A stretch of DNA of 64,000 nucleotides from contig AP038806.1 of assembly GCA_047150005.1 (NCBI GenBank), forward strand, positions 192,001 through 256,000. Reading direction: 5' to 3'. Source of the stretch: Nitrospira sp. (GTDB taxonomy: Bacteria > Nitrospirota > Nitrospiria > Nitrospirales > Nitrospiraceae). The notes under the pieces were generated by a model, which worked only from the letters and a program-made list of their open reading frames with translations, ran no database searches and was not told the DNA's origin. Shown one piece after another: positions 18,566 through 28,332 of this stretch. How positions within the stretch are numbered: the stretch's first letter is position 1; each line of letters starts with the position of its first letter. A program made the translations under genes and the position numbers.

Positions 18566-20221
18566 ATGAAAGACACAGCCACGATCGGCTCGACGGTGAT
18601 CGAGCGGTTGCACCAACTGGGCGTCCGCCACATCTTCGGCATTCCCGGCGACTACGTCTTGAGTCTGTACCAGTTGATCGAGCGGTCGCCTATTCGCCAC
18701 ATCGGCACGACCCGCGAGGATTCGGCCGGTTTTGCCGCTGACGCCTACGCGCGCATCAACGGCATCGGCGCCGCCTGCGTGACCTATTGTGTCGGCGGAC
18801 TGAACACCGTCAACGCCATCGCCTGCGCCTACGCCGAACGTTCGCCCGTCGTATTGCTGACCGGATCACCCGGTCTGTCCGAGCGGATCAAGATGCCCTA
18901 CATGCACCACCTGGTGCGCGAGTTCTCGACGCAACGCGATGTGTTCGAACGGATGACGGTGGCCGCCGTCTCGCTCGACGATCCGATCACGGCCGAGCGC
19001 GAAATGGATCGGGCCTTTTCGGCCCTGTTACGCTACCGCCGCCCCATTTATATTGAGATTCCCCGCGACCTGGTCCACACACCCCTGGCGACGCCGCTGA
19101 AGCCCCTGTGCCTGAACGATGAGCCCAGCGATCCCGGCGCGTTGGAGGAGGCCATCGGGGAGGTCAAAACCATGCTCGCCTCCGCAAATCGGCCGGCGAT
19201 TCTGGCCGGAGCCGAGATTGGACGCTTCGGACTTCAAGATCATCTGGCCCGCCTGGTCGAACGGCTCAACGTGCCCATCGCCTCGACTCTCTTGGGCAAG
19301 TCGATCATACGGGAAGACCATCCGCTGTACGTGGGGGTCTATGGAGGCTTGATCGCGCGCGACGAGGTCCAACGGTTCATCAACGATTCCGACTGCCTGC
19401 TGATTCTCGGGTCCATCCTCTCCGACATGGAAGGTCTCGACTCGCAGTCACCCTTGCTGTCCGAAGGACGGACCATCCATGCAACGGCCGATCGTGTATC
19501 GATCAGACATCACCGCTACGATTCGATCCGGTTCCAGGATTTCGTACAGGCCCTGAGTGTTCATCCCCTTCCAGGTTTTGCGTCCCGGCCGCTCCCTCCT
19601 CCCCTGCCGGTGGAGGATAAGCCGGTCGCGCCGAAGGAGCAGGTCTCGCTTCGCGGGCTGTTTCGGCATCTGGACAGCGTCCTCAATGCCAAGACCCTGA
19701 TCGTGGCGGACGTCGGCGAATCCCTGTTTGCGGCGGCGGATCTTCACGTGCACCGGAGATTCGAGTTCCTCTCTCCCGCCTATTACACGTCCATGGGATT
19801 TGCGGTACCGGCGGCGGTGGGAGCCTCGTTCGCCGACCCCCATGTCCGGCCCATCGTCCTCGTGGGGGACGGCGCCTTTCAGATGACCGGCACCGAACTC
19901 TCCACTGCGGTGCGCTACGGGCAGGTTCCGATTGTGATCGTGCTGAACAATCGAGGGTATTCGACGGAGCGGGAGATCCTGGACGGGCCCTTCAACGACG
20001 TGCATGAGTGGCAATATGAACGGATCTGCGATCTGATCGGCGGTGGGGTCGGGTCCCGGGTCCGGACCCAGGAGGAATTCGAACGGGCTTTGGCCGGCGC
20101 GCTGGCCGACACGAGCCGGCTCCACGTCCTCAATGTCCTCCTCGACCCGGCCGACCGCTCTCCCGGGATGGTGCGGCTCGCGCACCGGCTCGCCAAGCGT
20201 CTGTCGACCGATCGGCCCTAG
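18566..20221 (+). CDS. ThDP-dependent alpha-keto acid decarboxylase (pyruvate/indolepyruvate decarboxylase family)
   Basis: FGIPGDY, GFAADAYAR, MHH, GDGAFQMT...NNRGY. Start moved to ATG 18566. Confidence 0.9.
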   Translation: MKDTATIGSTVIERLHQLGVRHIFGIPGDYVLSLYQLIERSPIRHIGTTREDSAGFAADAYARINGIGAACVTYCVGGLNTVNAIACAYAERSPVVLLTGSPGLSERIKMPYMHHLVREFSTQRDVFERMTVAAVSLDDPITAEREMDRAFSALLRYRRPIYIEIPRDLVHTPLATPLKPLCLNDEPSDPGALEEAIGEVKTMLASANRPAILAGAEIGRFGLQDHLARLVERLNVPIASTLLGKSIIREDHPLYVGVYGGLIARDEVQRFINDSDCLLILGSILSDMEGLDSQSPLLSEGRTIHATADRVSIRHHRYDSIRFQDFVQALSVHPLPGFASRPLPPPLPVEDKPVAPKEQVSLRGLFRHLDSVLNAKTLIVADVGESLFAAADLHVHRRFEFLSPAYYTSMGFAVPAAVGASFADPHVRPIVLVGDGAFQMTGTELSTAVRYGQVPIVIVLNNRGYSTEREILDGPFNDVHEWQYERICDLIGGGVGSRVRTQEEFERALAGALADTSRLHVLNVLLDPADRSPGMVRLAHRLAKRLSTDRP

Positions 20222-20485
20222 ACTCCCGGCGATCGGCTCTAGCCTGGCCCGGCGCCTGTATGTATGGTTCTTCCCTCACCCCTTCACTTTTTACTTCGTG
20301 TCCCTAACACGACCGCCCCACTTCTGGCCTGTCTCTTGATCGACCACGGGTGGCATACGGACTGCACAAGGTGACGGCCTCGACAGTCCAGGGAACCTTC
20401 GGATTGCCGCCTCGCGCCCCGAGGCCCTATGCATGGACTTCCCGGATGGCACCGGTTCACAACCCCCGGCAGCAAAGGTGTGGTC

Positions 20486-21730
20486 TTGTCGGACTTCTAC
20501 CAAAACGGCGTCGTCACGGTGCTCCACCGGCTGGGCCCCTCGAACGTGGCGCAGTTGGAACGGGAGCTGGCTCACCATGGGAGGGCCAATCCGATTGCAC
20601 TCGTCCTCCCCTGCCTCTATGCCGAACTCGCCAGGCCGGCTCTGCGTCACATCCTGGACACGCTCAACGAGCTGCCGTATCTCAATGAGATCGTGGTCTC
20701 GCTCGATCGGGCTTCGGCGCTGGAATTCCGTCTGGCCAAACAGTATTTTTCCGGGCTGCCTCAGCGCGTCCGCCTCATCTGGAACGACGGCCACCGCATC
20801 CAGTCACTGCTCAAGCTGTTCGTAGCCACGAATCTGGACATCGGCCACCAAGGAAAAGGGCGCGGCTGCTGGATGGCGTTCGGATACATCCTGGCCCGCA
20901 ACGAGAGCCAGGTCATCGCCCTGCACGACTGCGACATCGCCAGCTATAACCGGGAATATCTGGCGCGGCTCTGTTATCCGATCGCGAATCCCAACCTCAA
21001 CTATGAATTCTGCAAAGGATACTACAGCCGCGTGACCGACCGGTTGCACGGGCGAGTCACCCGCCTGTTCATCACGCCGCTCATCCGGAGCTTGCAACAG
21101 CTCGTGGGCCCTCACCCACTCCTGACGTTTCTGGACAGTTTCCGCTATCCCCTCGCGGGCGAGTTCGCCATGGTGCGCGACCTGGCCTGGACCAACCGCA
21201 TCCCGGGCGACTGGGGGCTGGAAGTCGGCGTCCTGGCGGAGGTCTATCGCAACTGCGCGCTGCGCCGCATCTGCCAGGCCGACATCGCGGACACCTACGA
21301 CCACAAGCATCAACCGCTCTCGGACGAAGATCCGGACGCCGGACTGCTCAAGATGTGCGTCGACATCACCAAGTCCCTGTTTCGGAACCTCGCCAGCGAA
21401 GGGGTCGTGCTCTCGGACGGCGTGCTGAAGACGCTGCGGGCGACCTATCTGCAGAGCGCGCAGGAGGCCATCAATCGGTACGAGAACGACGCGGCCATCA
21501 ACAGTCTGGCCTTCGACCGCCATGAAGAGCGGACCGCGGTGGAGGTGTTCCTCCAAGGCATGAAGCTCGCGACCGAAGGGTTTCTCGACGATCCGCTGGG
21601 TGTCCCCATGATTTCCAACTGGAGCCGTGTGACCCATGCCATCCCCGACGTCTTCGATCGCATGATCGAAGCGGTGGAGGAGGACCATGCGTGGGATCCC
21701 ACCGCCGAGCCGGCCGCCACACCCCGATGA
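20486..21730 (+). CDS. gpgS: Glucosyl-3-phosphoglycerate synthase-like glycosyltransferase
   Basis: SDFYQNG start (TTG), GKGRGCW, LHDCDI, KGYYSR, GRVTRL, YPLAGEF, DWGLEVG, YDHKHQ. Confidence 0.75.
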   Translation: MSDFYQNGVVTVLHRLGPSNVAQLERELAHHGRANPIALVLPCLYAELARPALRHILDTLNELPYLNEIVVSLDRASALEFRLAKQYFSGLPQRVRLIWNDGHRIQSLLKLFVATNLDIGHQGKGRGCWMAFGYILARNESQVIALHDCDIASYNREYLARLCYPIANPNLNYEFCKGYYSRVTDRLHGRVTRLFITPLIRSLQQLVGPHPLLTFLDSFRYPLAGEFAMVRDLAWTNRIPGDWGLEVGVLAEVYRNCALRRICQADIADTYDHKHQPLSDEDPDAGLLKMCVDITKSLFRNLASEGVVLSDGVLKTLRATYLQSAQEAINRYENDAAINSLAFDRHEERTAVEVFLQGMKLATEGFLDDPLGVPMISNWSRVTHAIPDVFDRMIEAVEEDHAWDPTAEPAATPR

Positions 21731-23070
21731 ACCGCGAACGCACCCCGCTTGCGCCGGCGACGGAAGCTCGCCTGCGAGAGATCGATTTCACCGACATTCT
21801 CGTCGGCATTCCCAGTTACAACAACGCCGCCACGGTCGGCCACGTCGTGCGCGCGGTCGGAGCCGGGCTGGCCAAGTATTTTCCCGCCGAGCGCGCGGTG
21901 CTCGTGAACGCCGACGGCGGCTCTTCCGACGACACCGCCGCCGTCGTGGCGCGGACGGCGGTGGACCATCGCCAGCTCTTGATTGCCGACCGGCAAAGCG
22001 TCCTCCACCGGATCGTGACGCCGTACCACGGCATCCCCGGTAAAGGCAGCGCGTTCCGAACCATCTTCGAAATCGCCCGGCGGCTGAACGCCCGGGCCTG
22101 CGCCGTCGTCGACGCCGATCTCCGGAGCATCTCTCCGGAATGGATCGAAATGCTCTTGCGCCCGACCGTGGAGGAAGGATTCGACTACGTCGCGCCGTTC
22201 TATCTGCGCCACAAGTACGACGGCACCATCACCAACAGCCTGGCCTATCCTCTCACCCGTGCGCTCTACGGCAAACGGCTCCGGCAGCCGATCGGCGGCG
22301 AGTTCGGATTCTCCGGCGCCCTGGCGGCTCACTATCTGGACCAGCATGTCTGGGAATCGGAAGTCGCCCGGTTCGGCATCGACATCTGGATGACCACGGA
22401 GGCGATCGCCTGCGGAGCCCGCGTGTGCCAGAGCTTCCTGGGCGCCAAGATCCACAATCCCAAGGATCCCGCATCGGATCTATCCGACATGTTGCGCCAG
22501 GTCGTCGGTTCGCTGTTCGCCTCTATGGAACGGCACGCGGCAGTCTGGTCCACCGTCAAGGGCTCGCACCCCGTGCCGCTCCTCGGCTTTCCCTACGAGG
22601 TCAGCGTGGAGCCGGTCCATGTGGACGTAGACCGCATGGTGTCTCATTTTCAGCAGGGGCTGGCCGACCTCGCGCCACTCTGGCAAGAGATTCTGAGCCC
22701 CGCCACGTTTGAGCACCTGATGGACCTGAACCGAGAAGGCCGGAACGCATGCCGGATTCCCGACGAACTGTGGAGCCGCATCGTCTTCGATGCAGCTGCG
22801 TCCTATCACCATCAGGTCCTGCCCCGCGAACACCTGCTGAAATGCCTGACGCCGCTCTATCTGGGCCGGACCGCATCCTTCGTGCTTGCGACGATGGGGT
22901 TGACGTCCGTGGAAGCGGAGCGTGCGATCGAACAGCTCTGCGTGACGTTCGAGAGCGGCAAACCCTATCTACTCAAGCGATGGGACGAGCACCAGGCGGA
23001 CCGGGCGGGCCGATCTGCGCTGACTCGGACGACTCCGGAGTCGGGAGGTCCTTATGAACGCCTTTATTGA
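21727..23070 (+). CDS. Glucosylglycerate synthase-like (single-step) glycosyltransferase
   Basis: LVGIPSYNNA, DGGSSD, PGKGSA, VDADLRS, RHKYDGTIT, RQPIGGEFG, FGIDIWMT; ATGA overlap with the upstream gene. Confidence 0.7.
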   Translation: MNRERTPLAPATEARLREIDFTDILVGIPSYNNAATVGHVVRAVGAGLAKYFPAERAVLVNADGGSSDDTAAVVARTAVDHRQLLIADRQSVLHRIVTPYHGIPGKGSAFRTIFEIARRLNARACAVVDADLRSISPEWIEMLLRPTVEEGFDYVAPFYLRHKYDGTITNSLAYPLTRALYGKRLRQPIGGEFGFSGALAAHYLDQHVWESEVARFGIDIWMTTEAIACGARVCQSFLGAKIHNPKDPASDLSDMLRQVVGSLFASMERHAAVWSTVKGSHPVPLLGFPYEVSVEPVHVDVDRMVSHFQQGLADLAPLWQEILSPATFEHLMDLNREGRNACRIPDELWSRIVFDAAASYHHQVLPREHLLKCLTPLYLGRTASFVLATMGLTSVEAERAIEQLCVTFESGKPYLLKRWDEHQADRAGRSALTRTTPESGGPYERLY

Positions 23071-23758
23071 GCAAGCCCTGATGGCTCCGTTGGAGCTGCT
23101 GGCCGGCTATGCTGCGGCTATTTTCCCCAACCTCATCGCGATGGGGATCCTCTTGCTGAGCGGCCTGTTGCTCGCCCGCCTCGTGAGCCTCATCGCCGAG
23201 CGGCTGCTGCGTGTCCTCGGCTTCGATCACCTGTGCAACCGGCTCGGCGTCACGTCGGCGCTGTTGCGTGCCGGCGTCAAGACAGACCCTTCGCACCTGA
23301 TCGGCAGCGGCCTCCACTGGACCGTCGTCCTCGTGACCAGCGTGGCGGCCGTCAGCGCGCTCAACCTGGCTCCCGTCAATCAAGTCGCCCAATCGCTCCT
23401 GGCCTATGTGCCCCGCCTGATTGCGGCCGGCATCATCTTATTAGCCGGATACGTCGCCTCGAATTTCGTGTCCCAGGCCATCTTGATCGCCGCCGTCAAT
23501 GCTGGGCTGGCGCCGGCCCGGCTGCTTGCGACCTGCTCTCGTTGGGGACTTCAACTGCTCGCCGCGGCCATGGCGCTCGAGCAGCTGGGCATCGCCGAAC
23601 AGATCGTCGTGGTGGGATTCGGCATTACCTGGGGCGGCCTGGTCTTGGCGGCGGCCATTGCGTTCGGGTTCGGCGCGACGGACCTCGCCAAGGCCTTGTT
23701 GGAGAAAAAGGTGCTTCCCACGAGAACGGACATGCCGGATGACCTGCGCCACTGGTAA
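23054..23758 (+). CDS. Membrane protein with conserved TM-helix repeats (CmpX/MscS-associated type)
   Basis: PNLIAMGILL and YVPRLIAAGIIL repeats, ALEQLGIA, AIAFGFG. Confidence 0.72.
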   Translation: MNAFIEQALMAPLELLAGYAAAIFPNLIAMGILLLSGLLLARLVSLIAERLLRVLGFDHLCNRLGVTSALLRAGVKTDPSHLIGSGLHWTVVLVTSVAAVSALNLAPVNQVAQSLLAYVPRLIAAGIILLAGYVASNFVSQAILIAAVNAGLAPARLLATCSRWGLQLLAAAMALEQLGIAEQIVVVGFGITWGGLVLAAAIAFGFGATDLAKALLEKKVLPTRTDMPDDLRHW

Positions 23759-23782
23759 TCAACCACGCAACCTGGATCTACG

Positions 23783-24667
23783 ATGATATCGAGCCTCAGC
23801 CACGACAGTTCCGACACCCTTTTGGAGCGACCGGTGACGCATTTCGTCCTCTTCACCGATCTCGACGGCTCCCTGCTGGACGGCATGACCTATTCCTTTC
23901 AGCCGGCGATCCAGGCCCTGCGCGAAGTCCGCGCCCGCGGCATCCCTCTGGTGCTGGTATCGAGCAAGACGCGCGCTGAAATGGAGCCCCTCCGCAAACG
24001 GCTCGACCATCGGGATCCGTTCATCGTCGAGAACGGCGCGGCCGTCTTCATTCCGCAGGGTCGTTTCGATTTTCCGATCGAACGGACACGCAAACGCTCC
24101 GCCTACGATGTCATCGAGCTCGGACTGCCTTACCACATGCTGCGCGACGTGCTGAAGCAGATTGAGGAGGCGGTGGAAACCCCGCTCCGTGGCTTCGGCG
24201 ACCTCTCGGTCCACGAGATCATGAGGGTGACGGGCCTGTCGCAGACCGACGCGGAGTTGGCCAAGCAACGCGAATACGACGAGCCCTACCTGATCGAAGG
24301 CCCGGCCACCCTTGTGGCGGAAGTCTGCCGGCAGATCATCACGCGGGGGCTGCATTGGACCAAAGGGGGGCGGCTTTTTCACCTGACGGGACAGAACGAC
24401 AAGGGGCAGGCGGCGGCGCTGCTGCTCCGCTGCTATCAGCGGCAGTTCCGGCTGCAGGAAGGCCAGGCCCGCGTCGAGACGATCGGCATCGGCGACAGCA
24501 TCAATGACGCGCCGCTCCTGAGCATGGTGGACCATCCCGTGCTGGTGCAGCGGATGGACGGCACGTATGACCCGGATGTGCATGTGCCCGGCATGATTCG
24601 CGCCGACGGCATCGGCCCGGTGGGATGGAACAGGGCGGTGTTAGAACTTCTCGAACGCCATTCCTAA
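23783..24667 (+). CDS. Mannosyl/glucosyl-3-phosphoglycerate phosphatase (HAD IIB)
   Basis: FTDLDGSLLD, SSKTRAE, FIVENG, REYDEP, GGRLFH, GDSINDAPLL. Confidence 0.88.
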   Translation: MISSLSHDSSDTLLERPVTHFVLFTDLDGSLLDGMTYSFQPAIQALREVRARGIPLVLVSSKTRAEMEPLRKRLDHRDPFIVENGAAVFIPQGRFDFPIERTRKRSAYDVIELGLPYHMLRDVLKQIEEAVETPLRGFGDLSVHEIMRVTGLSQTDAELAKQREYDEPYLIEGPATLVAEVCRQIITRGLHWTKGGRLFHLTGQNDKGQAAALLLRCYQRQFRLQEGQARVETIGIGDSINDAPLLSMVDHPVLVQRMDGTYDPDVHVPGMIRADGIGPVGWNRAVLELLERHS

Positions 24668-24673
24668 CGTAGG

Positions 24674-24877
24674 TCAGCCCGATTTCTTCGACGCGAACAC
24701 GGTGGCGTCGCAGGCCACGTACTTGATCTGCTTCATCGGAATGATCACGACTTCCTTCGCGGAATCGACCTCCAGCACTTCCATGTCGTCGCTGATCGTG
24801 TGCCGGATCGCATCCTTGACGACCAACTCTTGGTTATCCACAAACACCACCTTCACCCAATACTGCACGATCGCCAC
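24674..24877 (-). CDS. Small hypothetical protein
   Basis: SD GGGAG then GTG; strong GC3 codon bias; beta-rich 67 aa. Confidence 0.65.
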   Translation of the reverse strand: MAIVQYWVKVVFVDNQELVVKDAIRHTISDDMEVLEVDSAKEVVIIPMKQIKYVACDATVFASKKSG

Positions 24878-24943
24878 CTCCCATGCTGTCCAACACGTCG
24901 CCTGCCTGCACCGACGGGCCGCCGCGAATCGCGGCTCCGTCGC

Positions 24944-25774
24944 TCACTGATTCTCGAAGCCCAGCTCCGCCGATCGTTTCGCCGCCGCCTCGACCGCCGA
25001 CGTCACGGTAGCGCGAAAACATCCCAGTTCCAACGCGTGAATGCCCGCGATCGTGGTCCCGCCCGGCGATGCGACACGGTCTTTCAGTATGCCGGGGTGC
25101 TCGCCGGATGCCAGCAACAGCCGTGCGGCGCCGACCACCGTTTGCGCGGCCAGCAGCTGAGCCGTGTGGCGAGGGAGCCCCATCTTCACCCCCCCGTCCG
25201 CCAGGGCCTCGATCATGACATAGACATAGGCCGGCCCGCTCCCGCTGAGTCCGGTCACGGCATCCAGGAGCCGTTCCGGCACCGCCACGACGTGTCCGAT
25301 CGTTTCGAACAGCGAGCGGGCCGTCGCCAACTCGTCGGCCGGCACGTCCTCGTCGCAGGCGATGGCCGTGACGCCCTCCCGAATCGCGGACGGCGTGTTG
25401 GGCATGGCGCGGACGATCTTTTTCCGTTTCATGCCGCGCAGATGGCGGGCGATGCGCGCGATGGGATAGCCTGCAGCCACCGAGACGATCGAGGTCTTGT
25501 CCGGGACGGCATCGGCGATCTCCGTCAGAACACGGTCGAGCACCTGCGGCTCCACGGCCAGCACGAGCATATCGGCGCCCTCGGCGGCTTCAGCGTTCTC
25601 GGCTGTGGTCGCGACGTGGTATGTCCCGCTGATGACGTCGCGCGCGACCGGATCGACGTCCGAGGCGATCAGATGCGAGGGAAGGACCAGTTTCGCGTGG
25701 AGCAGACCAGCAATGAGGGATTGGGTCATGTTCCCCGCACCGATGAATCCGACTCTCGCGGTGTGCCGCAGCAT
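24944..25774 (-). CDS. proC: Pyrroline-5-carboxylate reductase
   Basis: GFIGAGNM, RAMPNTP, TGLSGSGPAY, VASPGGTT. Confidence 0.95.
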   Translation of the reverse strand: MLRHTARVGFIGAGNMTQSLIAGLLHAKLVLPSHLIASDVDPVARDVISGTYHVATTAENAEAAEGADMLVLAVEPQVLDRVLTEIADAVPDKTSIVSVAAGYPIARIARHLRGMKRKKIVRAMPNTPSAIREGVTAIACDEDVPADELATARSLFETIGHVVAVPERLLDAVTGLSGSGPAYVYVMIEALADGGVKMGLPRHTAQLLAAQTVVGAARLLLASGEHPGILKDRVASPGGTTIAGIHALELGCFRATVTSAVEAAAKRSAELGFENQ

Positions 25775-25911
25775 GCGGCGATTATACTGACGCCTTTCCG
25801 ACCCTTGCAACTTAGGTGGTAAACGGGAATGACACGCTTCAGTGCTCCTAATGACCACCGACCCACGACAGCAACTTGCAAGGACGGCGTCTCGTTGGAT
25901 ACAGTAGGCCT

Positions 25912-26991
25912 ATGCGCCTGCGAATCCTCATCGGCATGTTGTCCGTCCTGGCCCTCCTCCCCGGTCCGAGCTGGGCCCGCCGCGAATCGTTCACCGAGCA
26001 GCAGAAACAGCAAGTCAAAAAGATCGACCGGGTGCTCCTGGACGTCATCGCGCTGACCGACAAGGGACCGGCCGATACGGCGCCGTTTCAGGACTTGATC
26101 TCGAAGCGGCTGCGCGAGTTCGGCTACACCGTGGTGACGGATCCCGCGCAGCCGCATGACGTGCTCGTGCAGGTCAAATGCGAGCAGCGAAAGACGTGGG
26201 AAGGCACGACCAAGATGGGCAGCGACGCGGATCTCCCCGACTCGCCGTCCCGCCTATGGAAAGGTCCGGCCTGCCAGCTGATCTATTTCCTGGACGGCAA
26301 GAGAATGGGATGGCACAAGGAGGTGCGGACTGAGTTTTCGGACTCCGAGCAGGCGGCCGCCGCGGCAAAAGCGGAGGACGCGGGAGCCTACGCGATGGGT
26401 CAGTTGAGGGAACGATTGGACGACTATGATTTCCCGGCGCTCATCACGGCCGAATGGGGGCAGGAAGAACGTCTGTTCAAGCTGTACGACGATCCCGCGA
26501 CGCCCGTGGCGCGGAAAGTCAGGCTGGTGGGTCTGTTCGGCTATCTCTTTTCCAACGAGGCCGTCCCGCGCCTGCTGGCCGGTCTCAAGGGACCCGATCT
26601 CGACATCGCCAAGGCGTCGGCGTTGGCGCTGGGCAACATCGGCCAGAAGGATGCCGTGCCGGCCTTGGTCGAAACGATGCAGACCGGTCGCCCGGAGTTG
26701 CGGCCCTCTGCGGCCAAAGCCCTGGGCATTCTGGGAGCCCTGCACGGTGACTTCAGCATCGTCGATCCTCTCCTCGAGACTCTCAAGACGACGGACGACC
26801 CGGCGCTCAAGACCGAAATCGTCTGGGCCCTGGGCAAACTGCCGGACCGGCGGGCGCATGAACCGCTGCTGGCGCTCCAGAAGTCCCTCTACAAGGTGCG
26901 TGAAAACGACGCGGACCCGAAAATGGTCAAGCTGAAGGAAGCGGTGAACTGGAGCATCAAGCAGATCGATACCTGGGAGTATCTGCAGTAG
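25912..26991 (+). CDS. Exported HEAT-repeat protein
   Basis: Signal peptide; repeats ASALALGNIG, AAKALGIL, IVWALGKL. Confidence 0.78.
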   Translation: MRLRILIGMLSVLALLPGPSWARRESFTEQQKQQVKKIDRVLLDVIALTDKGPADTAPFQDLISKRLREFGYTVVTDPAQPHDVLVQVKCEQRKTWEGTTKMGSDADLPDSPSRLWKGPACQLIYFLDGKRMGWHKEVRTEFSDSEQAAAAAKAEDAGAYAMGQLRERLDDYDFPALITAEWGQEERLFKLYDDPATPVARKVRLVGLFGYLFSNEAVPRLLAGLKGPDLDIAKASALALGNIGQKDAVPALVETMQTGRPELRPSAAKALGILGALHGDFSIVDPLLETLKTTDDPALKTEIVWALGKLPDRRAHEPLLALQKSLYKVRENDADPKMVKLKEAVNWSIKQIDTWEYLQ

Positions 26992-27004
26992 CCGGGATCC
27001 CGTC

Positions 27005-27529
27005 ATGCCAAGTCATGCCACGCTCGCCCGATTGCGGATCGGCCTCACCGTCGTCCTGTGTACGTTCCCCCAAGCACGAACCGCCTGGAGTCAGGTGATC
27101 GGCGCAGCCGCCGAGTTGGACCGACTACGAGCTCGCGCGGAGGAAGCGATCGGCAACGACGATCCGGACGGCGCCTCGCTCAGCATGGGCCGGGCCGCGC
27201 TCATGGCCAAGCAATTGGCCAAGAGCCACCGCGACGAGCCGGCAACCGCGCGGTTCTATCAGGGAGCGGAACCGCTCTTCCGCGCGCAAGAACACGGCTA
27301 CCGCGCCGTCGCATTGTTCCGGCGGGCCGGAGGGCAGCTGCCGGCGTCCTCCGGCGTCTGCGGCAGCTTGGCGCTGGCGCAAGGCAGCCTGCAGCAAGCC
27401 CTGTCTCTGCTGGTTCCCGACGAGCAGGCGCCGGCCGACGTGCGGGAACACACCAAAAAACTCCGGGAAGCGGCCGACGATTGGGACACCGTCGTCGCCT
27501 CGATGATCACCGACTACCAATGCCCATGA
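27005..27529 (+). CDS. Hypothetical exported helical protein
   Basis: Signal peptide (AWS-QV); 13 nt downstream of the HEAT gene. Confidence 0.62.
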   Translation: MPSHATLARLRIGLTVVLCTFPQARTAWSQVIGAAAELDRLRARAEEAIGNDDPDGASLSMGRAALMAKQLAKSHRDEPATARFYQGAEPLFRAQEHGYRAVALFRRAGGQLPASSGVCGSLALAQGSLQQALSLLVPDEQAPADVREHTKKLREAADDWDTVVASMITDYQCP

Positions 27530-27532
27530 AAC

Positions 27533-27589
27533 CGTGAAGCGTCTCTCGTGAAGCGTGATTCGCTTGCGAGATACGAGATACGAACGACG
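27533..27589. repeat. Short-period intergenic repeat (CGTGAAGCGT x2; CGAGATA x2)
   Basis: Left CGTCTCTCG is nearly complementary to right CGAGATACG; between convergent genes. Confidence 0.6.
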
Positions 27590-27598
27590 CAGTCTCCG

Positions 27599-28042
27599 CT
27601 AGTCTTCCTCCGGATTGATGATGTGCAGCCCGGCCGTCTTGCTGGCCGAGAGCAGCTGAACGTCCGCGCTGACGACCGTCAGCCGGAGCGGCTTGAGCTC
27701 CAGCGCCAGCGCCAGATGCATCACCTGTTGCGCGCGAAGGAACGGATATTCCATCGTCAATTCCTTGGTGGCCAGGTATGTCTGCATCGTCGGGGCGATG
27801 AACTGGAACAAGCCTTCGACGGATTCGCGTTCGAATTTGTGGATCACGGAGTAGCAGTCGTCCCGCGTGATCTCCCCTTGCTGAGCCCGGTTGGAAAAGG
27901 ACGAATACAGTTCCGTGACGGTCCAGGTCGGCAGGATGGCCACCTTGCCGCGTTTGACCATCAACTTGTTCACGATGCGGGTGCCGCGCTCCATGCTGTA
28001 GCGTTTCACCAGGGCGGTGGAGTCGAAGTAGTAGTACGGCAT
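27599..28042 (-). CDS. PIN-domain VapC-like protein
   Basis: YYFDSTALVKRY, TELYS, VSADVQL, GLHIINPE; start moved to ATG 28042. Confidence 0.82.
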   Translation of the reverse strand: MPYYYFDSTALVKRYSMERGTRIVNKLMVKRGKVAILPTWTVTELYSSFSNRAQQGEITRDDCYSVIHKFERESVEGLFQFIAPTMQTYLATKELTMEYPFLRAQQVMHLALALELKPLRLTVVSADVQLLSASKTAGLHIINPEED

Positions 28043-28046
28043 GGGC

Positions 28047-28310
28047 TCAGATCCTCCCCTTGAGGATGACGGAGGCCAAGGGGCCCTGCAGCTTCGAGAG
28101 CCTATCTTGTAATTCATCCAGTGGGACTTCCTCATATCCTTCCCGCCGGAGCTTGTCGGCAAGATTGCCTTTGTTGAACAGCGCGGTATCTTCCTTCAGC
28201 CGCTCGCCGAGGCGTCGCTTCGCCAGGCGGCTCGGCACCCGCTGTTGCATCGCGGTTAATCCACGCCCTCGGCTTCTCGGCGCCCGGCCACTATTGCTCA
28301 ATCTGCTCAT
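28047..28310 (-). CDS. Putative antitoxin / small basic protein
   Basis: 87 aa ORF 4 nt upstream of the PIN gene; C-terminal LDELQDRLSKL..LASVIL resembles antitoxin tails. Confidence 0.55.
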   Translation of the reverse strand: MSRLSNSGRAPRSRGRGLTAMQQRVPSRLAKRRLGERLKEDTALFNKGNLADKLRREGYEEVPLDELQDRLSKLQGPLASVILKGRI

Positions 28311-28332
28311 ACCTTCGATCTCCCTCCTGCTG

